Positions 1 to 16,393 are shown, counted from the first letter of the stretch. The stretch is 63,902 nucleotides of DNA from Eledone cirrhosa (GCA_964016885.1 OZ024750.1:30690099-30754000); one strand, 5' to 3'. The notes: a model not told the origin generated them from the sequence alone. Numbers and translations: made by a program.

Positions 1-35
1 ACAAAACAAAACCACAAGACAAAACCAAACAAACA

Positions 36-139
36 AAAATTGACCGGTTAATACATTTTCATACATCTATATTATTATATATTTGAAAATTGACCGGTTA
101 ATACATTTTTCATACATCTATATTATTATATATTTGAAA
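36..139. repeat. ~50-bp tandem duplication upstream of LINE copy A
   Basis: AAAATTGACCGGTTAATACATTTT(T)CATACATCTATATTATTATATATTTG occurs at ~36 and ~86. Confidence 0.85.
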
Positions 140-150
140 CCACGTGTTTT

Positions 151-476
151 CGAACTTGTGAGTACATTTTCCTTTAACTACAAATTATTATTATATACTT
201 TCGTCTTTTCATTAACTTAATTAATTTCAAATAACCAGAATATACATATATATATATATATATACTCATATTTATATATATACGCTTCTCACTCACACAC
301 AAGAAAAACAAAAAACAAAAATAAATCAAAAATAAATTTAAAAAAATATATATATATATTGAAATACTTAACTAAAACACACACACACGAACTTGTGAGT
401 ACATTTTCCTTTAACTACAAATTATTATTATATACTTTCGTCTTTTCATTAACTTAATTAATTTCAAATAACCAGA

Positions 477-516
<40 letters not shown>

Positions 517-650
517 CTCATATTTATATATATACGCTTCTCACTCACACACAAGAAAAACAAAAAACAAAAAAAAATAAATCAAAAATAAATTAAAAAA
601 AAAAAAAATATATATATATATTGAAATACTTAACTAAAACACACACACAC
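151..650 (+). repeat. Two ~240-260-bp 5' UTR monomers of the LINE, each with an internal (TA)n tract
   Basis: CGAACTTGTGAGTAC...AAAACACACACACAC starts at 151 and 388; the same monomer is at ~23505-23836 on the minus strand. Confidence 0.9.
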
Positions 651-661
651 TCAAAACTAGA

Positions 662-1830
662 ATGGCTAACCAGCAAAAATCCAAACAGAACTGGTCTGAT
701 AATGAAATCGACATTCTAATAAACACATGGCATTGCCTTTCCCAAACAGAAAATATAGATGCTTCATCTCTGAACGACATTGCTAAACGTACAGTTCAAT
801 TTTTGAAAACTCGATCTGAACAACAGATTCAAAATAAATTAAAGCAAATCGAAATTGCTTTTAAATTAATCAATAAACATTTGGATAAACTACGGTGTGT
901 TTTCTCTTCGAATGCTGTCCAGCAGCAGCAACAACAACAACAGCAGCTACAACAGCAACAACAACAACAGCAACAACAACAACAACAGCTACAACAACAA
1001 CAACAACAGCAACAACAACAACAACAACGACAACAACAGTGTGAACCACTCCTTGATTCATCAACAATGGCCGATCTACTAAATGAAACTATTGACCCCC
1101 CAGTGGCCTCTGTCTCACAGCATGAAACGCCACATCCTTTCTCTGGCCCAGCAGTCCAATCATCACCACTGCCAACATCTCTGCCTACTACTACTACTAC
1201 TACTACAACATTTTTGTCTACTGCTATGTCAAGGAATTTACCTTCTAATACCAGAACAAGAACTCTCCCTCCCACAGTCCACAAAGGTCGTCAAATCCTA
1301 CCCAAACCATCATCTACACCTCTCACAACACCCACACCCACATACCCACCCACTCGAAACCCCATCATTTGCCGCTACTCTCTACGCTATAGAATATGTA
1401 CGGATAGTGGCTGCAAATTCACCCATTTACCTAGGACAAAACGATCTATCCCCACAAACAGCCACCACCATAATACATACTCTATTTTAACACCAACACA
1501 ACCACCAATAACTCAAACAAGGAATCCACAAATCTGCCGTTTTTCCCTGCGAGACAGATTGTGTTTAGACCGGGATTGTCCCTTTACCCATCTCCCGGGA
1601 CCCGTCGGATAAATGAAAATAAAATTAAAAATAAAAGCAAAAACAAAAACCATAACCTACATAAAAATAACCACTACCACAGTCACCAACAGTCTTCTAA
1701 ACAGGAAACTTCTTCCTCTTTTTTAGCCATAATGAATCTGGCAAAAGAACTGGAAAAAAACATTCGAGCTATCACCCAGCACCACCCTCCACTATCACCC
1801 CACTGCACAAACTCCCATTGCTGCCATTAA
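662..1830 (+). pseudogene. ORF1 of LINE copy A (Myb/SANT-like N-terminus, polyQ, two CCCH fingers), one frameshift near 1600
   Basis: ORFs 662-1612 and 1561-1830 together equal the intact 394-aa ORF1 of copy B. Confidence 0.88.
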
Positions 1831-4800
1831 CAAACAAACAAATTAACAACACACCAAAACAATTAAAACCATCCACTCTCGCCTCTACATTTTTGCTTAA
1901 CGCCCAAGGCATCAGCCCTTCCACCAATACTCAAAAATGGAAGATCAAATTCCTGGAGGACTGGATTGATGTCCATCCAAACCACATCCCTTTCTTCGTC
2001 CTCACTGAAACCCATCTCAGTAACCTCCACTTGGAAGCCGAGGTGAAAGTGAAAATTTCAAAGCCATCCGTGCTGATCGCGCTGGCAGAAGAAAGGGCGG
2101 AACTGCCATTTATGTCCATAATTCTTTCTCAACAGAGGCTATGAACATATTCACTAATGGATACTGTGAGGCAGTCACTGTATTCAGTCAAACCAACAAC
2201 CTATTAGTAGTTGGGCTCTATAGGCCACCCCAAACGCCTGTACCATGCTTCAAGGAATGCCTCAACAGCATAAAGTGTTTCATCCAAGAGTGTCACCCTG
2301 ACAACATCTTAATGATGGGGGACTTCAACCTCCCCGGAGTTGACTGGTCCACAAACACCCTGCCACCAGGTTCTTCTGCCTCAACCTCTGACAGGGAAGC
2401 TGTGGAATCGCTTCTTGACTTCATGGATGATTTCTTCCTATCCCAACTAGTGCTCGAACCAACGAGGTGCCACAAAAACGTCCTAGACTTAATTTTCAGC
2501 AATCACACTGACAATATCCACAATATTGCAGTGGAGAAAACTCTACTCTCTGATCATGACATGGTTCTCTGTGATCTGAGTTTCCACCGTCCAATATACA
2601 AACCCAATGTCATTTCTCCTGTCCATCCGTTTGACGCTATGGATTTCCACAATGCAAACTGGGAAGCGATCAGTCATGATCTTGCACATGTCGACTGGTC
2701 CTTCACGCACACTCATACACCCACTAACATCAAAAAGTCCTGGCAGACATTTGTGGACACTGTTACAAACATATGTGCTAAACACACCCCATTAAGAACT
2801 ATAAACAAATCTAAGAGCAGAATCCCTAGAAATAGAAAAACACTCATCAGAAAAATTAAGAGAACGAACAAAAAAATCAACAAGCTGAAATACTGTCAGC
2901 AGCAACACATCAACTTGACTGCCATTTCATCACTAGAGATTAAAAAACATAACTCCAAAACAACATAATGTCCCTCATCAACAATCAGAGAAGAGCTGAA
3001 GAGGCCTGGGCCATTGAGAAGATCAAACTCAATCCCAAAGTGTTCTTTTCATTTGCAAAAAAACACAAAATCACTGGCTCTACTGTTGGCCCTCTAATTG
3101 ATGAAAATGGCACTCTTCAAGACAATGCTAAAACCATGGGTGAGATACTGCAGAAACAATACGGCTCTGTTTTCAGCAATCCTGATATGGCCGATCTGGG
3201 CTGTATCGGCGATGTTACTCCCCATTACACCTTATCGGACATAACGTTTGGCGCCCCTGATGTCTTGGCGGCAATAAAGGAAATCAAGCATAATTCAGCA
3301 GTAGGTCCCGATAGGTTCCCTGCTTGTGTCTTGAAGGCGTGTCAACACCAACTTGCTTCTCCTCTTGCCAATCTGTGGCGGAACTCACTGGATGCTGGAT
3401 ATGTGCCAGAAAACCTTCTATCCCAGTCTGTTGTCCCAGTTTTCAAAAAGGGAAACAAATCCCTTGCCGTGAATTACCGTCCAATCTCACTCACCTCTCA
3501 TATCATTAAGGTATTTGAGCGAGTGGTGAGATCGCGAATGACCCACTTCCTTGAGAGTAACAATATGCTGAACTCCAACCAGCATGGATTCCGTAATGGA
3601 AGGGATTGCCTGACGCAACTACTGCATCACTTTGATGACATTTTGAGAGCCTTGGGAGAGGGTTCCAACACTGATGTTATCTACCTTGATTTCAGCAAGG
3701 CCTTTGACAGGGTTGATCATAACATTCTACTGAGAAAGCTGTCCAATATTGGTGTCACTGGAAAGCTGCTGCAGTGGATCAAGAGCTTCCTGTCAAACAG
3801 AACCCACATGTTGTAGTTGAGGGAGTCAAATCAAGCCCAGCCAAAGTCAGTAGTGGAGTCCCACAAGGCACTGTGTTGGGCCCACTTCTCTTCATCATCT
3901 ATATTAATGACATCACTGACATCATCAAACACAGCAACATTAAAATTTTCGCTGATGATTCAAGCTCCAAAAGGTCATCAATGGCGTGGATGACCGGATA
4001 AGCCTTCAGTCAGACCTACTGGCTGTTACCCAATGGGCAGAAAAGAACAACATGTTACTGAACGAAGACAAATTCGAACTGATCCACTTTGGAAAAGAGG
4101 ATGCTCTGAAACTCCCGTACTCCCTTCCCTCCGGGGAAACTCTCGTGGCATCTAACAACATCAGAGACTTGGGAGTAACCGTGGACAGCAACATAAGCTG
4201 GACCACGCATATAAGCAGCAAAGTTGACATGGCCCGCAGAATGTGTTCCTGGATCCTCAGAACCTTCCAGTCGAGAGATTCCCGCACCATTATCCTTCTC
4301 TTCTCTACTTTCGCCCGACCACACCTTGAATACTGTTGTCCACTGTGGTCTCCCACACGAAACAAAGTATCATGAAACTTGAAGCTCCTCAAAGGGCAAT
4401 CACGAAAAAGATAGATGGCATGTCAGACCTTGACTACTGGGGTCGATTGGAAAACCTGAAACTTTACTCACTCCAACGTCGCCGTGAGCGTTATATTATC
4501 TGCATGATGTGGAAAATGTTCCATCATCACTGCCCAAATGATGTTGGCATCGCCTTCAAGATACACCCAAGGCTTGGGCCCCGTGCTATCCGTCCCATTC
4601 AAAATCTAAATCGCAAATCATAACAACAATACGGCACAATTATTTCACCTCAATCGGCCCTGCTCTCTTCAACATCACACCAGGACACGTCAAAACAGAA
4701 ACTGACCACACAAAATTCAAGAAGTCTTTGGACAAATTCCTCCAAGTAATCCGGACAAACCACCCACACCCGGATATGTCTCCGCAAACAGTAATTCTCT

Positions 4801-4831
4801 TCTCGAATGGGCCATGGTGCCCAAATCCTGA
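1818..4831 (+). pseudogene. ORF2 (APE endonuclease + reverse transcriptase) of copy A, split by ~7 single-base deletions
   Basis: Consecutive fragments carry ETH, GDFN, SDH, YRPISL, DFSKAFD, GVPQG, FADD motifs; collinear with copy B ORF2. Breaks may be assembly errors. Confidence 0.88.
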
Positions 4832-4950
4832 ATTGAAAGACTTCGCCAGGTGGTGCTATTAAGTTAGACATGGCCTGGGCCAATACTGGCCAAAACATTT
4901 CAAAGTTATTCAAAGTTATATATACATATATATATATACATATATATACA

Positions 4951-5004
<54 letters not shown>

Positions 5005-5005
5005 C

Positions 5006-5054
<49 letters not shown>

Positions 5055-5056
5055 TA

Positions 5057-5166
<110 letters not shown>

Positions 5167-5181
5167 AATATATATATGTAC

Positions 5182-5222
<41 letters not shown>

Positions 5223-5359
5223 CATATATATATATGTATATACATATATATATACATATATAATATACATATATATATATACATATATATATATACATAT
5301 ATATATATATACATATATATATATACATATATACATATAATATATATATATACATATAC

Positions 5360-5390
<31 letters not shown>

Positions 5391-5391
5391 C

Positions 5392-5426
<35 letters not shown>

Positions 5427-5447
5427 CATATATATACATATATATAC

Positions 5448-5484
<37 letters not shown>

Positions 5485-5488
5485 CATG

Positions 5489-5574
<86 letters not shown>

Positions 5575-5594
5575 CATATATATTATATATATAC

Positions 5595-5669
<75 letters not shown>

Positions 5670-5676
5670 CATATAT

Positions 5677-5775
<99 letters not shown>

Positions 5776-5840
5776 CATATATATATATACATATATATAT
5801 ACATATATACATATATATATATATACATATATATATATAC

Positions 5841-5923
<83 letters not shown>

Positions 5924-5935
5924 CATATATATACA

Positions 5936-6037
<102 letters not shown>

Positions 6038-6112
6038 ATTATACATATATATATATATATATATACATATCTATATATATACATATATATATATGTATAT
6101 ATACATATATAT

Positions 6113-6205
<93 letters not shown>

Positions 6206-6211
6206 CATATC

Positions 6212-6347
<136 letters not shown>

Positions 6348-6348
6348 C

Positions 6349-6433
<85 letters not shown>

Positions 6434-6434
6434 C

Positions 6435-6495
<61 letters not shown>

Positions 6496-6500
6496 CATAC

Positions 6501-6537
<37 letters not shown>

Positions 6538-6543
6538 CATATC

Positions 6544-6626
<83 letters not shown>

Positions 6627-6694
6627 ATACATATATATATATATATACATACATACATATATATATATATATACATACATATATATATATATAT

Positions 6695-6795
<101 letters not shown>

Positions 6796-7033
6796 CATAT
6801 ATATGTATATACATACATATATATATATACATGTATATATATAGATAATTTAATATATCAACTAACATAAGCGCACCGATGCACGTCCATTCCAGCAAAT
6901 ACACAGGTTATGTCATAGTACCTAGGTGGTTCAATGCAGGAGGATGCAGAACAATAATATAAAAGACGTAAAATAAGAAAATATTTTTTTTTAAATTTTT
7001 TAAAAAATTTTTTACTTACTTACTTAAATTTTC

Positions 7034-7115
7034 ACTCCAACTAATTAGTTTCTGCAATGGGATAAAGACAGTTACGTAATCCAACTGTCGAGAATTCATT
7101 GCGTCATCAGGGAGT
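7034..7115 (-). ncRNA. Type I hammerhead ribozyme
   Basis: ACTCC-CTGATGA-C-GCAATG...GACAGTT/AACTGTC...CATTGC-A-GAAA-CTAATTAG-TT-GGAGT; stems I, II and III all pair, GUU cleavage triplet. Confidence 0.88.
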
Positions 7116-7218
7116 CTATTCTCAGCTGAGTCTCCAGGCAATGCGCGGACACTGGCGGCTCATATAAAAATAATAATAATTCGGTAGATAGAACAGCTGG
7201 AGACTCAGCTGAGAATAG

Positions 7219-7300
7219 ACTCCCTGATGACGTAATGAATTCTCGACAGTTGGATTACGTAACTGTCTTTATCCCATTGCAGAAACTAATTAGTTGGAGT
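7219..7300 (+). ncRNA. Type I hammerhead ribozyme
   Basis: Same motif; stem II variant GTAATG/CATTGC (G-U pair). Confidence 0.87.
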
Positions 7301-7371
7301 GAAAATTTAAGTAAGTAAGTAAAAAAATTTTTTAAATTTTTTAAAAGATATTTTCTTATTTTACGTCTTTT

Positions 7372-7454
<83 letters not shown>

Positions 7455-7525
7455 CATATATATATACATATATATACATATATATATACATATATGTACA
7501 TATATATATATACAATATATATACA

Positions 7526-7609
<84 letters not shown>

Positions 7610-7611
7610 TA

Positions 7612-7785
<174 letters not shown>

Positions 7786-7814
7786 CATATATATATATAC
7801 ATATATATATATAC

Positions 7815-7845
<31 letters not shown>

Positions 7846-7863
7846 CATAATATATATATATAC

Positions 7864-7930
<67 letters not shown>

Positions 7931-7931
7931 C

Positions 7932-7962
<31 letters not shown>

Positions 7963-7983
7963 CATATATATACATATATATAC

Positions 7984-8020
<37 letters not shown>

Positions 8021-8024
8021 CATG

Positions 8025-8112
<88 letters not shown>

Positions 8113-8132
8113 CATATATATTATATATATAC

Positions 8133-8169
<37 letters not shown>

Positions 8170-8220
8170 CATATATATACATATATATATATATATATAC
8201 ATATATATACATATATATAC

Positions 8221-8257
<37 letters not shown>

Positions 8258-8261
8258 CATG

Positions 8262-8349
<88 letters not shown>

Positions 8350-8370
8350 CATATATAGATATATATATAC

Positions 8371-8407
<37 letters not shown>

Positions 8408-8434
8408 CATATATATACATACATATATATATAC

Positions 8435-8507
<73 letters not shown>

Positions 8508-8568
8508 CATATATATATATACATATATATATACATATATACATATATATATATACATATATATATAC

Positions 8569-8651
<83 letters not shown>

Positions 8652-8652
8652 C

Positions 8653-8701
<49 letters not shown>

Positions 8702-8707
8702 CATACA

Positions 8708-8767
<60 letters not shown>

Positions 8768-8838
8768 ATTATACATATATATATATATATATACATATCT
8801 ATATATATACATATATATATATGTATATATACATATAT

Positions 8839-8887
<49 letters not shown>

Positions 8888-8932
8888 CATACATATATAT
8901 ATATATATATACATATATATGTATATATATAC

Positions 8933-8985
<53 letters not shown>

Positions 8986-9055
8986 CATATATATATACAT
9001 ATATATACATATATATATACATATATATACATATATATATATACATATATATACA

Positions 9056-9093
<38 letters not shown>

Positions 9094-9113
9094 CATATAT
9101 ATTATATATATAC

Positions 9114-9144
<31 letters not shown>

Positions 9145-9158
9145 ATACATATATATAC

Positions 9159-9233
<75 letters not shown>

Positions 9234-9240
9234 CATATAT

Positions 9241-9337
<97 letters not shown>

Positions 9338-9416
9338 CATATATATATATACATATATATATACATATATACATATATATATATATACATATATATATAT
9401 ACATATATATATATAC

Positions 9417-9589
<173 letters not shown>

Positions 9590-9664
9590 ATTATACATAT
9601 ATATATATATATATATACATATCTATATATATACATATATATATATGTATATATACATATATAT

Positions 9665-9711
<47 letters not shown>

Positions 9712-9719
9712 CATACATA

Positions 9720-9757
<38 letters not shown>

Positions 9758-9763
9758 CATATC

Positions 9764-9899
<136 letters not shown>

Positions 9900-9900
9900 C

Positions 9901-9977
<77 letters not shown>

Positions 9978-9979
9978 CA

Positions 9980-10039
<60 letters not shown>

Positions 10040-10044
10040 CATAC

Positions 10045-10079
<35 letters not shown>

Positions 10080-10085
10080 CATATC

Positions 10086-10166
<81 letters not shown>

Positions 10167-10184
10167 ATACATATATATATATAT

Positions 10185-10215
<31 letters not shown>

Positions 10216-10236
10216 CATACATATATATATATATAT

Positions 10237-10305
<69 letters not shown>

Positions 10306-10333
10306 CATACATATATATATATATATACATACA

Positions 10334-10398
<65 letters not shown>

Positions 10399-10466
10399 AT
10401 ACATATATATATATATATACATATCTATATATATACATATATATATATGTATATATACATATATAT

Positions 10467-10501
<35 letters not shown>

Positions 10502-10556
10502 CATATATATATACATACATATATATATATATATACATATATATGTATATATATAC

Positions 10557-10607
<51 letters not shown>

Positions 10608-10677
10608 CATATATATATACATATATATACATATATATATACATATATATACATATATATATATACATATATATACA

Positions 10678-10715
<38 letters not shown>

Positions 10716-10735
10716 CATATATATTATATATATAC

Positions 10736-10770
<35 letters not shown>

Positions 10771-10781
10771 CATATATATAC

Positions 10782-10854
<73 letters not shown>

Positions 10855-10861
10855 CATATAT

Positions 10862-10958
<97 letters not shown>

Positions 10959-11039
10959 CATATATATATATACATATATATATACATATATACATATATA
11001 TATATATACATATATATATATACATATATATATATATAC

Positions 11040-11086
<47 letters not shown>

Positions 11087-11111
11087 CATATATATATATA
11101 CATATATATAC

Positions 11112-11212
<101 letters not shown>

Positions 11213-11333
11213 ATTATACATATATATATATATATATATACATATCTATATATATACATATATATATATGTATATATACATATATATATACATATATACA
11301 TATATATATATATGTATATATACATATATATAT

Positions 11334-11384
<51 letters not shown>

Positions 11385-11390
11385 CATATC

Positions 11391-11440
<50 letters not shown>

Positions 11441-11474
11441 CATACATATATATACTATATATATATATATATAT

Positions 11475-11529
<55 letters not shown>

Positions 11530-11531
11530 CA

Positions 11532-11611
<80 letters not shown>

Positions 11612-11613
11612 CA

Positions 11614-11675
<62 letters not shown>

Positions 11676-11680
11676 CATAC

Positions 11681-11717
<37 letters not shown>

Positions 11718-11723
11718 CATATC

Positions 11724-11804
<81 letters not shown>

Positions 11805-11820
11805 ATACATATATATATAT

Positions 11821-11851
<31 letters not shown>

Positions 11852-11872
11852 CATACATATATATATATATAT

Positions 11873-11971
<99 letters not shown>

Positions 11972-12209
11972 CATATATATGTATATACATACATATATAT
12001 ATATACATGTATATATATAGATAATTTAATATATCAACTAACATAAGCGCACCGATGCACGTCCATTCCAGCAAATACACAGGTTATGTCATAGTACCTA
12101 GGTGGTTCAATGCAGGAGGATGCAGAACAATAATATAAAAGACGTAAAATAAGAAAATATTTTTTTTTTAATTTTTAAAAAAATTTTTTACTTACTTACT
12201 TAAATTTTC

Positions 12210-12290
12210 ACTCAACTAATTAGTTTCTGCAATGGGATAAAGACAGTTACGTAATCCAACTGTCGAGAATTCATTGCGTCATCAGGGAGT
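12210..12290 (-). ncRNA. Type I hammerhead ribozyme (1-nt deletion in stem I)
   Basis: Core intact; CTCAACT instead of CTCCAACT. Confidence 0.75.
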
Positions 12291-12763
12291 CTATTCTCAG
12301 CTGAGTCTCCAGGCAATGCGCGGACACTGGCCGCTCATATAAAAATAATAATAATTCGGTAGATAGAACAGCTGGCGAGGACTGGATTCTATGTACTGAA
12401 ATTCTCACTGCTTCTAGTCAAATGGCCGATTCTAAAGAATCAATCACGTGACACAGAGGCTAGTTAGAAGGAATGGGATGGTAAGATGACTGGCGCCTAC
12501 TAACACCCCAAAATATTTAGAAGTGGTTTTGGCAGGTTTGCTCGACAAATCAGTGATTTGGAGATAAATATAGATAATTTAATATGTCAACTAACATAAG
12601 CGCACAGATGCACGTCCATGCCAGCAAATACACAGGTTATGTCATAGTACCTAGGTGGTTCAATGCAGGAGGATGCAGAACAATAATATAAAAGACGTAA
12701 AATAAAAAAATACTTTTTAAAAAATTTAAAAAAAAAATTTTTTACTTACTTACTTAAATTTTC

Positions 12764-12845
12764 ACTCCAACTAATTAGTTTCTGCAATGGGATAAAGACA
12801 GTTACGTAATCCAACTGTCGAGAATTCATTGCGTCATCAGGGAGT
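12764..12845 (-). ncRNA. Type I hammerhead ribozyme
   Basis: Identical to 7034-7115. Confidence 0.88.
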
Positions 12846-12948
12846 CTATTCTCAGCTGAGTCTCCAGGCAATGCGCGGACACTGGCGGCTCATATAAAAA
12901 TAATAATAATTCGGTAGATAGAACAGCTGGAGACTCAGCTGAGAATAG

Positions 12949-13030
12949 ACTCCCTGATGACGTAATGAATTCTCGACAGTTGGATTACGTAACTGTCTTT
13001 ATCCCATTGCAGAAACTAATTAGTTGGAGT
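12949..13030 (+). ncRNA. Type I hammerhead ribozyme
   Basis: Identical to 7219-7300. Confidence 0.87.
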
Positions 13031-13101
13031 GAAAATTTAAGTAAGTAAGTAAAAAATTTTTTTAAATTTTTTAAAAGATATTTTCTTATTTTACGTCTTT
13101 T

Positions 13102-13147
<46 letters not shown>

Positions 13148-13321
13148 CATATATATATATATATACATATATATTACATATATATACATATATATATATA
13201 CATATATGTACATAATATATATATACATATATATACATATATATATATATATATAGATATATATATATATATATATACATATATATGTACATATATATAT
13301 ATATATATATATACATATATA

Positions 13322-13495
<174 letters not shown>

Positions 13496-13552
13496 CATAT
13501 ATATATATACATATATATATATATACATATATATATACATATATATATATAC

Positions 13553-13683
<131 letters not shown>

Positions 13684-13684
13684 C

Positions 13685-13715
<31 letters not shown>

Positions 13716-13730
13716 CATATATATACATAT

Positions 13731-15323
13731 ACTCTTTTACTCTTTTACCTGTTTCAGCCATCCGGCTGAGGCCATGCTGGGGCACCGCCCTTGCTGCTAC
13801 ACACTTTATCTCCAGCCTGTATAGGTTGGCCACTGGTGTAGGAGGGAGTTTGTTGCTGCTGCCCTTAGGTTTCCCTCGTGTCTTGCTGTGGGCTCATCCG
13901 GGATCCTGGATAACAAGGTGTCGAGATGTTTCTTAAAGACATCCACCTCCACGTCATGCAAGTCTCGCAGATGCCTCGGCAGCCTGTTGAAGAGTTGAGG
14001 GCCCTTGAATCCCAGGCTATTGCAATACCTGCTCCTTATTCTAGATGTGGAAGACGGGACCTTTGGCACCACACAGTGACGTCCTGTTCGACGGTTGGTC
14101 CAGCTCCCAATGCCAAAGTTTGGTGCTAGTCCCTCCAGGATTTTCCACATGTAGATCACTGCGTATCTCTCCCGTCTTCGCTCCAAGGAGTAGAGGTTCA
14201 GTTCCTTCAGCCTCTCCCAGTAGCTTGTCTCCCTCATCTTGGCAATCCTCTTGGTGTAGCTTCGCTGGATTGCCTCAAGCTCTGTGGTTAGTTTGACACT
14301 ATGGGGTGACCACAGCTGGGAGCAGTAGTCCAGGCGGCTTAGGACAAAAGTCCTCCACAGTGTCAACATGGTGTCTCGATCTCTTGTAAGGAAAGTCCTC
14401 AAGATCCAGCCAGCGAATCGTCTACATGCTGTCGCCACCTTCATGATGTGTGAAGAAAAAGATGCATCATCGCTCATGTCTATGCCCAGGTCTCGTATCG
14501 ATTTTGACACGGGGATATCGGTCCCTCCTGGTCCTGTGTAGCTGTGTTCCGCTATATTTGTGTTTGTGTTTGCAGGTTTGTATTGTAGGGCTTGGAATTT
14601 GCCAGCATTAAACTGCATGTTGTTTTCTTCCGCCCATCTGTATATGGCATCCAGATCCTGCTGTAAGAGGGCAGTGTCAGCCGGGTTTTTGATTGCCTGT
14701 GCTACCTTAGTGTCATCAGCATAGCTAGTGAGGGATGTTGTTGCATGCACCACAGAGGGCATGTCCGAGAGAGCCACCAAAAACAGTAGTGGTCCCAGGA
14801 CTGTCCCCTGAGGCACCCCACTTGTTATCGGTGTTTCCCTCGAGAGAGCCCCATTTGCTGCGACTGCCTGGCTTCTGTCCCTCAGGAAGCCATGCAGCCA
14901 CTCACCTACTTTTCCAGTTATGCCGAGTCCGTGTAGTTTGTGACATATCATTCCGTGGTCGACCTTGTCAAAGGCCTTCGCAAAGTCAAGATATATCACG
15001 TCTACATGTGAGCTGTCTAGTAGCTGTCTCAGTACCCAGTCGTAGTGATGTAGCAGCTGTGTAAGGCAGCTTCTTCCTGGGCGGAAGCCATGTTGCGTGC
15101 TAGTCAGGCGGTCATTTTCTTCGAGGAAAGTGATTAGTTTCTTTCTGACGACTCGCTCCATGACCTTACTGATATGCGACGTCAGGGAGACTGGCCTATA
15201 GTTCTTGGCCTCCGCTCTACTACCTCCTTTATGGATAGGGCATATTGTGCCTTCTTTCAGCTCCCTGGGTAGTACACCGCTAGCCAAGGAGCTTCTGAAG
15301 AGCATCTTCAGTGGAGTTGCTAA
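13731..15323 (-). mobile_element. 5'-truncated LINE, family 2 (same broad clade as family 1), inserted in (TA)n
   Basis: RT plus C-terminus, 3' UTR hairpin and (AAAAGAGT)2 tail; TA tract on both sides. Confidence 0.93.
13806..15323 (-). CDS. Truncated reverse transcriptase, ~505 uninterrupted codons
   Basis: [47 protein letters not shown]; the YI N-terminus of the called ORF is microsatellite. Confidence 0.85.
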   Translation of the reverse strand, partial: LATPLKMLFRSSLASGVLPRELKEGTICPIHKGGSRAEAKNYRPVSLTSHISKVMERVVRKKLITFLEENDRLTSTQHGFRPGRSCLTQLLHHYDWVLRQLLDSSHVDVIYLDFAKAFDKVDHGMICHKLHGLGITGKVGEWLHGFLRDRSQAVAANGALSRETPITSGVPQGTVLGPLLFLVALSDMPSVVHATTSLTSYADDTKVAQAIKNPADTALLQQDLDAIYRWAEENNMQFNAGKFQALQYKPANTNTNIAEHSYTGPGGTDIPVSKSIRDLGIDMSDDASFSSHIMKVATACRRFAGWILRTFLTRDRDTMLTLWRTFVLSRLDYCSQLWSPHSVKLTTELEAIQRSYTKRIAKMRETSYWERLKELNLYSLERRRERYAVIYMWKILEGLAPNFGIGSWTNRRTGRHCVVPKVPSSTSRIRSRYCNSLGFKGPQLFNRLPRHLRDLHDVEVDVFKKHLDTLLSRIPDEPTARHEGNLRAAATNSLLHQWPTYTGWR

Positions 15324-15333
15324 ATATATATAC

Positions 15334-15370
<37 letters not shown>

Positions 15371-15374
15371 CATG

Positions 15375-15464
<90 letters not shown>

Positions 15465-15484
15465 CATATATATTATATATATAC

Positions 15485-15521
<37 letters not shown>

Positions 15522-15522
15522 C

Positions 15523-15553
<31 letters not shown>

Positions 15554-15566
15554 CATATATATATAG

Positions 15567-15617
<51 letters not shown>

Positions 15618-15632
15618 CATATATATACATAC

Positions 15633-15717
<85 letters not shown>

Positions 15718-15782
15718 CATATATATATATACATATATATATACATATATACATATATATATATATACATATATATATATAC

Positions 15783-15865
<83 letters not shown>

Positions 15866-15877
15866 CATATATATACA

Positions 15878-15913
<36 letters not shown>

Positions 15914-15921
15914 CATACATA

Positions 15922-15989
<68 letters not shown>

Positions 15990-16058
15990 TACATATATAT
16001 ATATATATATACATATCTATATATATACATATATATATATGTATATATACATATATAT

Positions 16059-16109
<51 letters not shown>

Positions 16110-16154
16110 CATACATATATATATATATATATACATATATATGTATATATATAC

Positions 16155-16189
<35 letters not shown>

Positions 16190-16286
16190 CATATATATAT
16201 ACATATATATACATATATATATACATATATATACATATATATATACATATATATACATATATATATATACATATATATACATATAC

Positions 16287-16393
<107 letters not shown>

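Larger units (their letters stand above)
151..4918 (+). mobile_element. Near-full-length APE-RT non-LTR retrotransposon (CR1/L2-group-like), family 1 copy A
   Basis: 5' UTR monomers, ORF1 from 662, APE+RT ORF2 fragments to TGA at 4829-4831, 3' UTR ending (TTCAAAGTTA)2 directly into (TA)n; nearly identical to the reverse-strand copy at 19211-23836. True 5' end may lie further left. Confidence 0.95.
6842..7374. mobile_element. Non-coding hammerhead element unit 1 (Penelope pLTR/retrozyme-like) with ~180-bp inverted repeat
   Basis: Arms ~6958-7137 and ~7197-7374 are reverse complements around a ~60-nt spacer; repeated near 12.0-13.1 kb and 17.4-17.9 kb. Confidence 0.8.
12018..13104. mobile_element. 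Hammerhead element unit 2: full ~555-bp monomer + partial monomer (direct tandem) + inverted arm
   Basis: TCATCAG at 12279 and 12834 (period 555); unique segment ~12376-12570; inverted arm ~12927-13104. Confidence 0.82.

Noticed and set aside
829-1284. Poly-Cys/Val antisense ORFs
   Set aside because: Reverse reading of the ORF1 CAA/CAG tract
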